A stretch of 63,993 nt of DNA, filler included, from Choristocarpus tenellus KU-1152 (Eukaryota > Protista > Phaeophyceae), in the NCBI GenBank assembly GCA_964200185.2. It is 9 parts of 9 records of this genome, joined end to end, with 100 filler letters (N's around TTAATTAATTAA, not from the genome) between each part and the next. Parts side by side here need not be neighbours in the genome. Positions count along the whole stretch, not along the records: positions 22,501 to 30,681 come from CAXNAD020005039.1; positions 30,782 to 44,601 come from CAXNAD020001358.1; 7 more parts are not named here. One strand, 5' to 3'. A program made the position numbers and the translations under genes. The notes beneath the pieces are model-generated. The model did no database searches. It worked only from the letters and a program-made list of their open reading frames with translations, and was not told the DNA's origin. Positions 24,900 through 39,050 of the stretch are shown in pieces; the stretch's first letter is position 1, and every line of letters begins with the position of its first letter.

Positions 24900-27800
24900 G
24901 GTGCTTAAGGTGATATTGACAAGGCATTGGAACGCAGGGATGACCCTCTTAGAGTGGGTGATATTGACTTCATCAAGAGGGAGGATATGAGTGAAGAGGA
25001 GATCACCAAGGTCGAAAAGGCGTATGACGTCCTGTTAAGAACTACCAGTGGGTTTACAGGTGCATTGTTTGTAATGCAGAATCACCATCGGACACTTGGA
25101 AGCATCTGAGGGAACATTTCTCATTCAATCAGACGAGGAAATTGAAAAGACTTCAGAAGTAGATGATGAATCTCAAGATGCTGCGGGGGTCATGTTGAAG
25201 TATTCCACACTGGACCCACGGCTTTGGTGCTTTAATGAAGGAGAATTAGCTGGACCAGAGGGGGAAACACCTATGAAAGGAGGTGAGAGGAAATTAAGAC
25301 CTCATTAGCTGCTGTGGCTGACAATGGCAAGGTGAACCAGTGTGATTTGGAAATGTGGTGTTTTGATTCGGAGGCTTCCAACAGTGTGATGAAAGACCCA
25401 AAGTACATGTGTGACTTCACCACATGTCCACGAGGCCACGAGATGACTGTAGCTGATGCCACATCACTATCCATTATGGGGCATGGCAAATTGATTTAAA
25501 TTTCATTGTTGGCCACACTGAGTGGATACATGATAGTTTGGCGTCTGTCACACCTATCCCAGAAATAGCATTCAATCTCCTCTCTTCACGCTCTGCTGGT
25601 ATGGGAACTGAAGCAAATATCAAGGGAATTGATGATGCATACTACGTGTATCTGATGGGGAGGGCCTTCCACTTGTTTTGAAGAGGGGTGGGTTAATGTA
25701 CACAGCTGACGTTGTAAGACTACAAACCCCTGAGGATGCACCTCCTGTTGCAAACGTCTCGTCTACGCCCGTGCCCATCAACGTTTTTCATCGCATTTGA
25801 GTGACAGTATCTTAGAGGGTACGTGCTTTGCCCTGTTTGTCCACATGGGGCTTGGTTTCCCACGGGTTGTTACGATGTTTCACCTACTCCGGAATGTTTC
25901 AAAGTAGGTAAAATGTAGATGTTATGAAAAGGTGTGTTCGGAACAAGGATATTGACACGTCCTAACAAACACGATAGCCAAAATTACATCAAAATCGCAA
26001 GATTGGATTTTGGTCCCAAACGGACGCAGCTCTACCCTCTAAGGTACTTTAACTCATTTGAGATAAGCTGGTGACCACATCCTCCGTCACACAGGGAGGG
26101 AACAGGGCATCCAGCTGTCAGGAAATCTAGCATCAACGCAATGTGTGGGGCGTGCTAAGGGAATCCCCAAGTCCACCACTGTCCGAGCTAGACGACTATT
26201 CACCCAAATCTTCAACAACCCTCATGGGACCCAAGAAAGTCCGATCTCTTGTTGGGGCCGAGTACCCTCTGGCAATTGTCGATAATGCAACACGCTTCAT
26301 ATGGATACGCATACTCCAGAAGAAGAGCAATGCAGCCAAGGCTCCTGGGCGATGGTTCAAGGCCGAAGTACTTCCCAGTGGACGGTGCATTCACTACATT
26401 TGACATGATCATGGGTGGGAGTGGCAGAGTGAGGAGTTTCAGGATTTGGTAATGGAAATGGGATCAGCACAGGAAAGGACCAGGACAGGGGAACCCCAGT
26501 ATAATGGTGTGGCTGAATGTCGCATCACTCAAGTAGATAGTGGCACCAGGGCCAGCAATTACTCTGCGGGATTGGGGAAGAAAATGTGGTTGTGGGGAGA
26601 GGTATATAATCATTCAGCATTCATCCTCAACACAAATGCTGCTGCTGCTAATAAGGGGATCTTACCTTATGGTGCACTTTATGGAGAAATTGGGTTGCTG
26701 ATGGGTGTCCAGCTTTTGGCACCCCTGGATACTACAAGTCCAGCCAGGACTCAAGCTTGGGACCTGTGGACAACAGTGTATCATGCCCAGGATGTCAGAT
26801 AACCAACCACGTGGCACTTTCCGCATCCTGGAATTCACAACTAATCGCGAACTTCAGCGAGCCAACGTCCATTGGCACCCCATCAAGGATGGCAGGGTAC
26901 GCTTTCCATTTTCTGATTTCGAACGTGATGACGAAGACTTGGAAAACACCCCCAAGGTATATCCTTCCTCCGTATGCGGTTGCAGAAGGACTACCCAAAT
27001 TCAGGAGATGGGGGGTGAATGTGGTGATGATGATGATGATGATGGAATCCTCTGGGTTGAAGGGGGATTAGTTGATGGTGATGAATCTGAAGCTGCACGG
27101 GTCGATGGCTGTGAAACTGTGGAAGATAACAACAATGATGGAAATGACGACGGGGAGGATGAAACAACAATTAATGGTAGCCGAAGCGACGGAGAACTTC
27201 GACATCTCAGTACTGGAGATGATGACGATGATAAAACCCTTCCCCATCGAACGAGATCCACTAATCGCCAGGATACTTCTACCAAAGCTGCAGTTTTTGA
27301 TATGCCTTCAATTTTTTTTTGACGTGTTTGTCTGTTTTCGTTGACCTACCATTGTGATGTGTGTGTGGAAAATAGGACAATAGTAAGGTGTACCCTATTT
27401 TGTGTACGTGAGATTATTGGGTTAGATTGAGTCCATGTGATGAACTAATGAGATAGTACACGTGAATTATGTACGGAATTTGGCATTGCAATTGAACTAC
27501 TCACACACATAACGGTCGACTTACGTATGAGACACAAATAACAATAAAGGAACAAACAATAATAGAAGACACCACACAAAGTCACTCTTCTAATTTCATT
27601 CACCCATGCTTTCCACGTTCAGCAAAGGGGATCGTGTGAGGCTCCACACCTTCTTGACTTCACTACTGATCGAACAGCAATACTTCCAAGGTTAATTGCA
27701 CGGTTTGCGAGTGATAATTCTAGTAGAGGTTTAGCGGATGAGCTCTCTCCAGAACCCAAGACTGTAAGAGCAGCCTGTAGCTCTCCCGGATGTGATTTAT

Positions 27801-28020
27801 AGGGTCGAGCTAGAACAGAAAAGATGCCTGGTTTGTCGTTGAATAATGTTTGGGGGCAGGCCGTAGTACCCCCTGGATGCAGGGCAATTGACACTAAATG
27901 GATTCACAAGCGTAAGGCTAACATATTTGGTGAGATAGTTAGATACAAGGCACGTTTGGTAGCAAAAGGTTTTCGACAGATTGAGGGTTTAGATTACCAA
28001 GATACCTTTGCTCCAAACTC
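24900..28020 (+). mobile_element. Degenerate Ty1/copia retrotransposon (protease, GAG-pre-integrase, integrase, RT start)
   Basis: WCFDSEASNSVM...MTVADATSLSIMGHGKL (protease); MGPKKVRSLVGAEYPLAIVDNATRFIWIRILQKKS and PQYNGVAECR (integrase); AIDTKWIHKRK...VRYKARLVAKGFRQIEGLDYQDTFAP (RT). Order is PR-IN-RT, with stops and frameshifts. Confidence 0.92.
25799..26055. mobile_element. MITE family B inserted in the copia element
   Basis: GAGTGACAGTATCTTAGAGGGTA ... TACCCTCTAAGGTACTTTAACTC. Confidence 0.9.
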
Positions 28021-29241
28021 GTATGTCACATACGATACTTGCACTTTGATAGGTGACAACTGTTCTATGCTTCCCATGCACTGTGACATTTTAATAGTGA
28101 ATGATTTGAATGGGAGTAACCACCAGTAACGATGTGCAAATCAACAGTTAGTATGAACTGGTAGTGCTGTATCGTATCAAGAACACGAAAGTGGGTAGCC
28201 TATGTTTTAGCACGGGTGACCTTGTACGTGCACGTGTGTCTGCTGTAGAAGGTGGGGGGCCACAATTCTCTGCTGACTTTTCATCAGTGCCAGCAGGTAA
28301 TGAAAATTGAGACATCTGTCTCAGTTTCGCGTCCACATTTTTGACACCCAGCTCCCATTTTTTGAGGTGTGGTTTATAACAGAGATCTTGTTGTAGCAAC
28401 TGGCATAGATGAAGGTCAACATAATTAATATATACTCCCTCTGTCCCATAAGTCTGATCCTTTATGCATGTGACTCTTCGGGATGACCTCCTATTTCAAA
28501 ACAGATTTTGTATTGGATTCCTTGACGTTTTATTGCATTAGAAAAACTTTCCTCGCTTTAACTTAACGCCGCCAATCCACCAATGAATTGGAATCCTGGC
28601 CCCACCTGTTGGGTAGAGCAGAGGTAGAGACGGATGTGGTGGCTGTGTGAGTGGTGGTTGGCGTGGGAGTTGCAGGGGGGGGCGTTTGGGGGTATATTAG
28701 ATGGAGATGGTGAAGTGGGGGTGATGTGGCAATGGAGACATTGGGGGTGGATGATGGCTAGGCTGGTGGTAGCAGTGGCACAGGAGGGCTTTGGCAGAGT
28801 GGAAGCGTACTTGGCTCCGAAGAATGTCGTCCAGAGAGGAGGGCCACCTGAACACCGAAGTCGCTGATGGTCTCTCGCCAAATCCTTCAAGTTCAGCCTT
28901 GACCTGGTAGAGTCAAAGGAGTCACTGGTCAGGATCCTCGTCAGGTTCCATCATGCACTGTTTGAACCGACGGTGGACATCGCTCATCTGTTGTTCAGAG
29001 GCCGCCTCATACTTGGTTTTCTGGGCATGCCAAGCAGAGAGGCCATCGTTGAGGTTGGTACCATCGTGCTGCTATAGTCCATGTAGAAGGTCTAGGGCTG
29101 ATCGTTGCCTTCCTCATAGGTAGATGTGGAGGTGGTGGTTAGGTTGGCGGTGGGGGTGGTGGAGGTGGTGACCGATGTTCGTAGATAGTGCTGCTGATGC
29201 ACTTTAGACACCATAGGTGGAGTAGATTAGGAAATACAGAT

Positions 29242-29503
29242 GAGCCAAAGTATCTTAGAGGGTAGAGCCGTGTCCATTTGGGAACCAAAATCCAATGCTG
29301 TCATTTTGATGTAATTTTGATTATCATGTTTGTTAGGAAATGTCAATATCTATGTTTCGGACACACCTTTTCATAACATACACAATGTACCTACTCCTAA
29401 ACATTTTGGAGTAGGAAAATGTCAAAAAAAGAACCAATGGGAAGCCAAGCCCCAAATCGACAAACAAGGCAAAACTCCTACCCTCTAATAGATACTTTCA
29501 CTC
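29242..29503. mobile_element. MITE family B
   Basis: GAGCCAAAGTATCTTAGAGGGTAG ... CTACCCTCTAATAGATACTTTCACTC. Confidence 0.88.
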
Positions 29504-29520
29504 AAACTAATACCAGTTCA

Positions 29521-29822
29521 GAGCCAAAGTAAACAAGAGGTATCCAGGTTTTGTCTGCTTTGCGTTTTAAGTCTGTTTTTCAATCTTTTGGAATTCACCG
29601 ATGTTTAAACGGAGTCTCAAGTCTGTTTTTTAAACAGATAAAGTTCTACGTTTGACTTGAGAGCGTTTACTTCTCTCTTGTTTGAATCTTCAGAAACTAC
29701 CCTATTATACACGTTTGTCAGAAAAAAAGAGCACAATTTAGCACATATTTGTCATTATTATTATTATTATTATTATTAGTCCTTAAAACGCAACTCTCGG
29801 TATCTCTAATTTGCTTTCACAC
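29521..29822. mobile_element. MITE family A with an internal (TTA)n expansion
   Basis: GAGCCAAAGTAAACAAGAGGTATCC start, degenerate right TIR, (TTA)n at about 29755-29778. Confidence 0.8.
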
Positions 29823-30681
29823 ACAGCAAGCATTGCTAATATTATACCTACGCAAAATTGTTGCTTTGTCCTCCTGACCCATCATCAACATCAGCTGGCC
29901 TACCCAGTCTTAAGTAGTAAGTAGACCTTTCTTTGTCATACATATTTCCTTCTGTTGTTGGGACATAGCTGTTGGTTGGCCTGCCTGCAACAGCACGAAG
30001 TACTTCCTCAAAAACATGCTTCATTAGACAACAACTACTACCCCTCCTTTCACTTCTGCTCCTGGCTGGTTGTAGAATGCGCCCTCGGCATTGGAGGGGG
30101 TCCTGACAGCATACTAAAAAAAAAAAAATGCTTGATGGACATTTGGTTGGATGGAACATCAGGACTTTGGTTGGTTGAGCGAGAAAATTGAATGTGAAAT
30201 GGGGCTTCCCTTGACAGAACTTCTTTTACCGAAATTTGATCCACATTTGATGCACTGTGCATCATTGAACTGTCTCTATTTTTGTTTTTTTTTGACAACA
30301 TCGTGGTGTCCGACAAAAACTTGTCTGTACTTAACACAAAGGAAACACAGTTTGAACCTTGCTATGGCTATCATCACCCATCAGCTTATGTGTAACAATA
30401 GGGGTGCGGATGAAATGAGAAACTTCTTCATACAAACAATACATGATCCTAACAGTTGCACATGGATCGATGATGTTACTCATATTATAAAAAAAAAACT
30501 TCAGAGTCGCGCACAAACCACTTCCTCAAGTCTCATACATAAAAAAAATATACAAAAGCAGGAACAGAAGCAACACATTTACTGTAACCGTCTGTCGTAC
30601 AGGCCTGTACAAAAAAAAAAATACTTCTGGGTCAAAGTATCCGGGGGGGGGGGGGGGGGGGGGGGGGTGGGGGCGTTTGTT

Positions 30682-30781
30682 NNNNNNNNNNNNNNNNNNN
30701 NNNNNNNNNNNNNNNNNNNNNNNNNTTAATTAATTAANNNNNNNNNNNNNNNNNNNNNNNNNNNNNNNNNNNNNNNNNNNN
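30682..30781. other. Artificial contig linker (preceded by a family C-like terminus at about 30629-30681)
   Basis: N44-TTAATTAATTAA-N44. Confidence 0.98.
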
Positions 30782-31699
30782 ATGGACTCAATTCAACACA
30801 ATAATCTCATTTACAAAAAATAAGGTACACCTCACTATTGTCCTATTTTGCACAGAGTGTATATTGCCTTCTTTGGACTACTATTTCAACGGCGTCTGGG
30901 ACTCCTCAGACCAACGTGATGAAAATAACAATAATGACAACAATGGGTCAAACCAACAGAGAGGTAGGCAGGGTAGCTTTCTAAGGATTCCGAGTAAGGT
31001 TAAAAATATGCCATTTTGTACAATTGTAGAATTACCTTTGCTGAATGGTGGTGTCACTCTGTGTGTGGAAAGGGGGAATATCAATTTTTAGCGCAATAGT
31101 TGTGCACAAAAAACAACGGAGTAGATGTACTGCACAGGGTAAAATTTATGGCTTGGAATGCAAGAGGGTCCAAACCTGCATACCTCTCAGTTGGTTGGGC
31201 TTGATGACAAAAATATTAATAGCGTTAGGCAATCATACCCCCATGTTGTTTGCTAGTATTCATGTATGCTTTATAGCACTCTGTAAAACAGGCAGTCAGT
31301 ACCATGAGAAGTATAGCTAGAGAAGGGTAAACCAAGAATAATGCAAAAATGTATTTGGGCAACCTCAATCTCCCACCCATCTCTTGTATCTGACATCACC
31401 TATTGGGTATCACCACCTCTACCAAGCAAGCACAGGATCTTTATCTCACATGTACATTAATGTGGGTTAGGCAATTCCTTCCACTAAGCATATCCCAGGG
31501 ATGAACAAACTTCTACTCAAAAGAGGTTTACTCCTGCTTTCACTTGTACCACTAATGCATGGAATGGTGTTGGTTCTAGGGCAGGGGGTGGAAGGGTTCT
31601 CTGCATAGTTCTTGCAATTCCTTGTCCAACTTCATTCAGGTGGGGTTAGGGTTTAGTACAGGTGACCCTTCACAATAACCTCATTCATATGGCGATGTT

Positions 31700-31973
31700 T
31701 GGCTTGATATTGCGGAGTACTCAATTGCACTAAACCAAAGAAAAAAGGATGCAGAAAAAAATGTGTAAAATTCAACCTTTTTTTAATAAAAGCATTAAGA
31801 AATTTCTTAAATCTGGCGAAACATTTCGAACAAGAAGAGAGAAACTAATGCTCTCAAGAAAAAAAAAGCTTCGCACTTCATCCATAGAAATATAGGTGAA
31901 TCGCAAAATAGTGAAAAACTGAGTTAAAATGCAAAATGGCCAAAACCTGGGTACCTCTCATTCACTTTGTCTC
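31700..31973. mobile_element. MITE family A, left end decayed
   Basis: Body and right TIR GGGTACCTCTCATTCACTTTGTCTC. Confidence 0.75.
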
Positions 31974-33256
31974 GTTAAAGGGGAACCAGCAATAGAACCT
32001 GTATATTATTTACTGGAGCGTGTACATTAGATGCCATAATATATTACGCTGGGCATGATTGTTACTTTGATCTTCAAATGTTGGCTACCCCAATGCCATA
32101 CTTCAGAGCTCATGTGTGGGGGGCATCTTTCTTTCACCATAGAAATATAAATCTCAGGTTCACATTTTAGATTCAGAGCAAAAGTAGTCAGACCAATACA
32201 GTGGATTTTGCAACAATAGTGGCATTTGCACCTGATACTTGGTGATACCATTTAATCCAAACATCAACAGGCATATTTTTCCTCAACGTTGAGAGGGGGT
32301 ACACCTTCCCTGTGTGCCACTGCATCTCTAGACAGATAGATATATGGACAGATAGATCTAGCTCGACAAAGGGCAGGCTCATTCTCTTCAAGATAGGAAG
32401 ACCAGGAAAAGAAAGGCTCTAGACAGACCAAGCACCCCATACACACTCTACCTCTCAAACGCTTCTCAAGAGAAAGGAAAACGTCCACTTCCATGAACTG
32501 CAAGCAGCAGGTATCACAAATCGTTTCACCACGAAAACAATTATCGTTGTCACTAACTCAGCCTTCTTCCTACTCCTTAGCAAAGATTTTTGTACTACGG
32601 ATCCTTCCAGGCAGGCAAGTGAAGTTATGAACACAGTACCACAATACCATATTACCAAAGCTGACATCTAGCACTCCTCATTCTAAGAGCTGCAAAATAT
32701 CACTTGGGCTCAATGAAAAACAAATGCAGCAATAACAAACCAAGCGCAGTGAATTAACTAAGTTATAAAGATGTGCAGGGAGAGTGTGAACAAGTGACAG
32801 GCCTTGTGCAGTTATCCACCTTCCTGCCCTCATTGCTGCTGATTGCTGTGGCCAACAATAGTGACAGGCAACACTGGATTTCATTGATTCTACAGCTGTA
32901 GAGTTATGGGGCAGGACGTAGGTAGTTGGGGAGAAAATGTGAGCTTGGATCAGAGTTAAATGTCCCACAGGACGTAGGCAAAGGGAAGTGGATGGTTGTA
33001 CATCATACTATGGACAAGATAGTTGGTAATTTATCAAGTAGACATGTGCTAGCAAATGATATCTGTCCGCAGGGATCGACTCAATTCAGTCCAACACCTG
33101 GGAGGAAGCCCATCTTCAAATGATCCATAGTAACACGCCATTTCGTTCAAGTACTGGTTGTCTTTACTTTGCCAATAATCTCCACCGGAAATATTTTCAG
33201 TAGGACACACTGCAGTTGCACGACAGAGCAGAACCACAACAATGCGCTCACCTAAT

Positions 33257-36200
33257 GACCATAAGCTCTTGGAGTCCCTACTCCTCAGGAGGCGCATTCC
33301 TGTTGAGAGACTGGGAGATGAAATACCTCCACATCCTAACAACAGTGTTCATCAAGGCCAGCCATATCTTTTGGGAGCACCAGCCACAGGTCAATATTGC
33401 CAGAACAGATGCCACACAGATCAGACTGACTATCAACAGTTCATGCTGATGTGGACACAATAGCATTTTGCATACATGAACGGAGGAAACTGTGCTTGAC
33501 ATTTTCACCTCCTCGACCGAGGACATGGACTTGATCTCCTCTTCCCAGGATGGACAGATACCATGCTCGCCTTCTATCACCAATTTATCTATCTGCAATA
33601 GACAGGCAGCACATAAGGCATAGTGAAGGGTGGGTGATCTCAGGTGGTGATGACAGGGAAAGCTCCCAATACTGTCCATGTCCAATCCCTCACATGAGCA
33701 TCAATTCCTCTGGGAGCATGTTGCTACATCAAAGGACCTATACGGTTCTACAATACACATTCCTGCAGATATCGGATTCTTATCTTACTACCTCACATGT
33801 TAGTATTATTGCGATTGAAGTAGACAGTCTTCACTCAACAAAAAAAGGCCTCTATTTAGTGTACCAAATGATTAACAAAAAATATAATGATCAACACATA
33901 ACCACAGCATAGGGACAACATACAGTGATGTGTCGACCTTAGCCCAGCCTTTGGTAGATCCCACAAAACAATACATCCAGCCCCCCAATATGTGCACGCA
34001 ATGACTGTTAAATGATGTTGTGCACTCCACAGTACGTGACCACTCGAAAAATGAATATCTCACCAGCAAGTGATTATAGATGTCGAGAGTGTGCTTGAGC
34101 TGATCCACAGTTTTATTGTGCTCAGTCTGCCAAGAACACAGGGGATCGTTTGAGGGCAATGGCAAGCATGCTTGTGATCAGCAGATGTGACAAATGATCA
34201 CCTCCAAATTCACTTGTAGGAATATTTCTCAACATAGTTGGATGGTGTCTAAAGCTTGCCTGCAGAGATAGCGTGTGCACGAAAATGGGTGAACAACATG
34301 GCCCAGTCAGGACTGCAAAGAGACCTATAACACGAAAGAGGGAGTTGTACAGAATAGACAACATTAAATATATGTACCTCCTATGCAAATTTAGAATGTC
34401 GTGCATTCCTTAATGCTATCATGAGAGTTAATTTAGCGTAAGCTACAAGTCAAAGTCTCAACCATTGGTGGGAAAGATCCAGGGTCTTTTTTTTGTTCAG
34501 GCAGGCATTCGCAGGTATACTTTAGTAATGGAAGAGATGTGATAAGATATCAATGTAGGAAAATCACATGCCAGCCCAGGAAGAAAATGACTGACTTGGT
34601 GCATGAAGGATGTCCATGAAATCAGTCCTCATCACTACTTCCAACAAGGGCTGTATAGATGTGCCTCTCAACAGATGAAAGTTGGAAAAAGGGCTAGCTT
34701 TAATCCGACACTTCCAGGGTGAGCTGTAATTCCATGACAAAAATAGTTTGATACTTTGGAATTACAATTATTGCTGTGTCCTTTTGTTTGCATAGCATCA
34801 GGATGGAGGTGGTGCATAGATTTGTGAGAAGAGGAATTGATCAATGGTGGTGGGATAGTTCATGGTCACCTCTAGAGCGTGAGGGGAGTTGCTAAGGTCA
34901 GGGGAAAGGAATATTTGGTTGAAAGGGGGATTGTGCTTGTACAACAATGTACTAGTATGGAGAGAATGTCAAGGATTACATATCCCACCTATGGGGTTCA
35001 GTGCTCCCCTCACCTGCAGCTTTTCCGTCATTCCACGAAATTCAGCCGCTTGCAGCAGCATCTGCTGGTCTAGTGACTTCTTCATGTTAAACACTGCTAC
35101 TTCCTCTTCCTCCTTTATCTTGAGTTCACATTGTGAATGGCTCTGATCAAGCAGCCACCGGCAAGAATTCGCGCTCTCTTTCTGTTGGCAAGTAAGAAGA
35201 AATTCAGAACACCTGACTAATTCATTGGTCCGAGATGAGAAGCCAGGCAAGATGCCAACCAATCTCCTTTGTGCTTGGGAGATTTCGTCTCAAGGAGATT
35301 GCAAAGCACGGTTTCTCAATCTGCAGAGTAGGGAAGAAAATGTATCGGGACAAACTCACTGCCATCAGTTCGACGTTTGTTCTTAGCTCTTTCTCATCAT
35401 CGGCTTGGACCTGAAGGATCAATTCCTTGCACTCAGCGGTGCGCAGGTCAGAGATTTTTTTTACATTCACCAGCTGCTGGTTGTAAGCTGCTTCCTTTTC
35501 GAGAGCAACCCTGTGAGATGTTTCATACAGCATTGAAACAAAGGTGCAGGTGTGTTGATGAGTGTGGCAAGTGAGGCACCACGGAAAGCCAGTGCATTCC
35601 TATTTGCTTCAGAAACAGTGGTTGAAGTCCAGGCAAGCTTGGTCTCTTCTGCCTGCTTTCAAACACTGTGCTATTGTGGTAGGAATATAATATTCCTTTA
35701 CATTGCACCAGTGGCATTGGGAAATATGTGCTGCAACAATAAGTGGGATCTAGATAACCTCTAAGGAAATATTCAGAGACTCTCACTATTTTTTGTTCTG
35801 GGGCGGTAAGGGGTAGACAAACCAACTCTTGGGTTTCTATTGACAAACGTTTGGGTACCATCTATCCAACCTGCAAATGAAGGTTGCTCACTATTATTTC
35901 TTTAATCTTCTCTAAGCTTAGAATAAGGTACCATTAGCACACACGATAGATACGAGGGTAGCCAATAGAGTGGGATGATCTTGTAATGCCGTTAGCTCCG
36001 GAGACTACCGTTGGCACTGAAATCCAACGTGCACAATAATGACATAGCATTACACTTGAAAATACATTATTATCCAGCACAACAAAGACAGAAGTAGTAC
36101 ATCACCATGCACCACATTAATGATTGTGCTACAATATGGCCGTTTTTACTGCATCTTTGTCAGAGGTAAACATGTTGGACACGACAAGGACTCACTCAGG

Positions 36201-36980
36201 CCATGCTGCTACTTACGGCAAAGCACCACCCCCCTCATGCCAGTCACCTTTCTTTTTCAGCTATTGATGCCTCAGTACACCTCCTCTTCTCCATGTCTAA
36301 CAAAAGAAGTCGCTCTCTTGCATTCCCTTCGGATATCTCAACCTTGTTGGCAACGTTTACTGATCTCTCCTATGGTTCATAGAGTGCAAGGTCAAGAGTA
36401 GATGGGAGATGTATGTCTAGAGGAAGAGAAGATGCACAGCCAGGCGAATGATCAGAAGCTACCACTTTGATTCAGGTGCCTTGTCCTTCAAAAGCCCCAT
36501 ATCAGCTTCAATCCATACTCCAACCAGTACAGTAAGAGAATATATTTGCCATTCTGTTGTACTTTACACACATTGCCAATTTGGATTATGTATATACTGA
36601 ATACAGGCAGTGTGGAGGGGGTCATACCTCAGACACTCTCAGCATCACCGACATGTCTGCAAGTTTTGCAGTCAAGTCCCCCCTCTGAGGAGAAGGGCAG
36701 GAGGAAATTGAACAAGATCAGACAGGCAAAGTGGAGACCAGACTAAGCATCGCAAAGCCTCATGGCAACATTATGACTAGCATGTGGCTCGACTCCTCGA
36801 CCAGGCACAAGGTGACAACTTGAATGTGGGACAACATCACCAATTATTGTAGCGTTGTAGTGCTGACCTCATGTTGCAAGTTAGTGATGAGCTCCTCAGC
36901 GACGAGCAGATCCAGTTTCAGGTCTCTCAATGTCTCTTGGATTGATGCAATCTGTTCCCGCTGGGTAAGCAGAATTTGCT
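33257..36980 (-). CDS. Multi-exon coiled-coil protein of unknown function (model incomplete; may extend on both sides)
   Basis: Series of AG/GT-bounded open segments such as QQILLTQREQIASIQETLRDLKLDLLVAEELITNLQHE, ERSVNVANKVEISEGNARERLLLLDMEKRR, VALEKEAAYNQQLVNVKKISDLRTAECKEL, KIKEEEEVAVFNMKKSLDQQMLLQAAEFRGMTEKLQ. Not all phases reconciled. Confidence 0.55.
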
Positions 36981-37899
36981 GCACTGGGGGTTTCTTGGGC
37001 AGCTACATGTTACATGTTTAAAAAGGCATGCATGTAGTTGTCAATGAGTGCGTTTCCATTCAACTATCTATTTCTCCTGTTGGGGTTCAAAATTATGCTG
37101 CCCTGAGTGGCACTGACTCACATAACTGAAACCATTGTCTGAAAGTGGATTGGAACTATCCAGAGGGAAAATGAATGCAAAAGCAAAGGTGAGTGAGTAG
37201 GGGGTGTACCACCCACCAAGCTCTTCATTGAACAAAAACCTCAGCAAAATGTCGTGATTGAGGTAATGCCACTTGGGGGCTTGAAGAACCAAGGGTTTTT
37301 GGAAATGTCCTTGTATCTACCTCTACTTAAAAAATTTGACGAAGGAATGATGTACTATTCAGGCCAGAGGGCGTTCATGTGTGAGACGGATTCCCAGAGA
37401 CATTAGGCAGGCGCAATGAGGGCATTATGTCACAAGCAGCATATAGAAGAGTCTCCTTCACAATGTCTTCAAGTGGCTGTGCCTGATTCAAAATGTCTCA
37501 GATGAAAAATAACATTTCTTCAGGTAAACAGGACAGGAAGTAAATCACACGCACACAAATCTATAACCTGCCAGAGAAGTGAGAACAGTGGAAGCCCGAT
37601 GCCACAGAGAATACATTGTTTCTTTTCTTGTAAACGGAAAGGAGATGCAACACTGGTGGTGTGACATTACTCATTGTACTACCTCCATGCCATAAGTTCT
37701 GAAAGAAGATTTGGAATCCTTGACGAATTTCTGGTTGGGGTCAGCTCTTCATATTATTATTACTCCCCCATCCATGACAATTTTATCAGTCACAGAAAAA
37801 GCCTCCATGTCTACCTTCAGCGTGTTTTCAAGCTCACCAGACAACTGCCTCTTCCTTACCCCTGTGTGACCCACACTGAAGTCATTCCCCCCTTTGTAA

Positions 37900-39050
37900 C
37901 TAAGTATTTCATTGTACACCACAAAAAGAAGCTGCCAAGCCCTCTCAAGTTTTGTTTAATCATACTCCTCATACTGTTTCTTAGTGACCTTCACAATCTC
38001 CTCAATGGACCCAAACCGCTCCCCCATCACCCACCATTTCAAAGACCTGAAGAAGCACAGGCCCATGATATTGAGGTCGGGGGAGTTAGATGGCTGCATC
38101 ACAAGCCTAATCGACCACCTCTCAATCTTCGTTGCCCCTGACAAGATTTCTGAGTTGCCCTTGCCTGTGGGGGGGGTGGCACCGTCTTGCTGAACGACAA
38201 CATGCTTCCCCTGCAACCAAGGCATCTCGGTCTTGATTACAGGCAGTAACTCCTCCGTGTACTACTTCCTGTACACAAATAGTCTAAAGTACAATCCTGC
38301 TCATACACACACCCCTTTTTATGGTTCTTGCTTGCCCTGTCTGCTGTTCTTGGCGCACACACACACGCCAAACACCAAGCTTTCCATCAAAGCCGTGAGC
38401 CGAATCTGGGTGGGCGTTGACTGCAATGATCATGGTTTTGGGGACATGACTCTTGTGCTGTACAGTAGGGAACCCTGGAAGGTTGCTATCATCCTCATGC
38501 GGAAATACCCTAACCCTTTCCCCATCAGCCATCACGTAAAACCAGGTTTCATCCATATGGATCGTGTTCGCCATGGAGGTGTACACACCACGTTTCTGGT
38601 CCGCTTGATCGCAAACAAAGTGCATTCTCCATACCTCTTGCAACGATTTAAGCTTGGATTTGATCCAGCGGCGATTCGGCATGGCCCCCATATCATCCAA
38701 CCACCTGTTTATGGTGCTTGTGCTGTTATTCAGCCCCTTGGTGGCCATCTTGATTGTCACCTGACGTACTGTGGATGACGGATTATCGGAGTTGATACTA
38801 TGTATTGCGGCCATCTTGGTTGGTGTGAGCTCTGAAGGCCGCCCACAACGTGTTGCCACCCCTACGTCAAGCGTGTGTCCACAGGTGAACTGATCGACGA
38901 CATTGTCCCAGAGCCCTCGCATGTAATACTTGGACACTCCAAACTCTGCTGCGAGGGGCGGCCCAACATGTTGTGGCAGTTTATGCTCACCAGGGACCAT
39001 CAAGACGGTGTGCCGCACTACAAGTGCAACCTTGGTATTCAGGGACACTT
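37900..39050 (-). pseudogene. Tc1/mariner transposase pseudogene (plant/oomycete DD39D-like type)
   Basis: IHMDETWFY, VQHKSHVPKTM, FDGKLGVW, VVQQDGATP, QPSNSPDLNIMGLCFFRSLK motifs; split across two frames (ORFs 38284-39438 and 37956-38225); third catalytic Asp reads Gly. Confidence 0.9.

Noticed and set aside
28431-28450. Stowaway-like terminus TA|CTCCCTCTGTCCC
   Set aside because: No matching second TIR found
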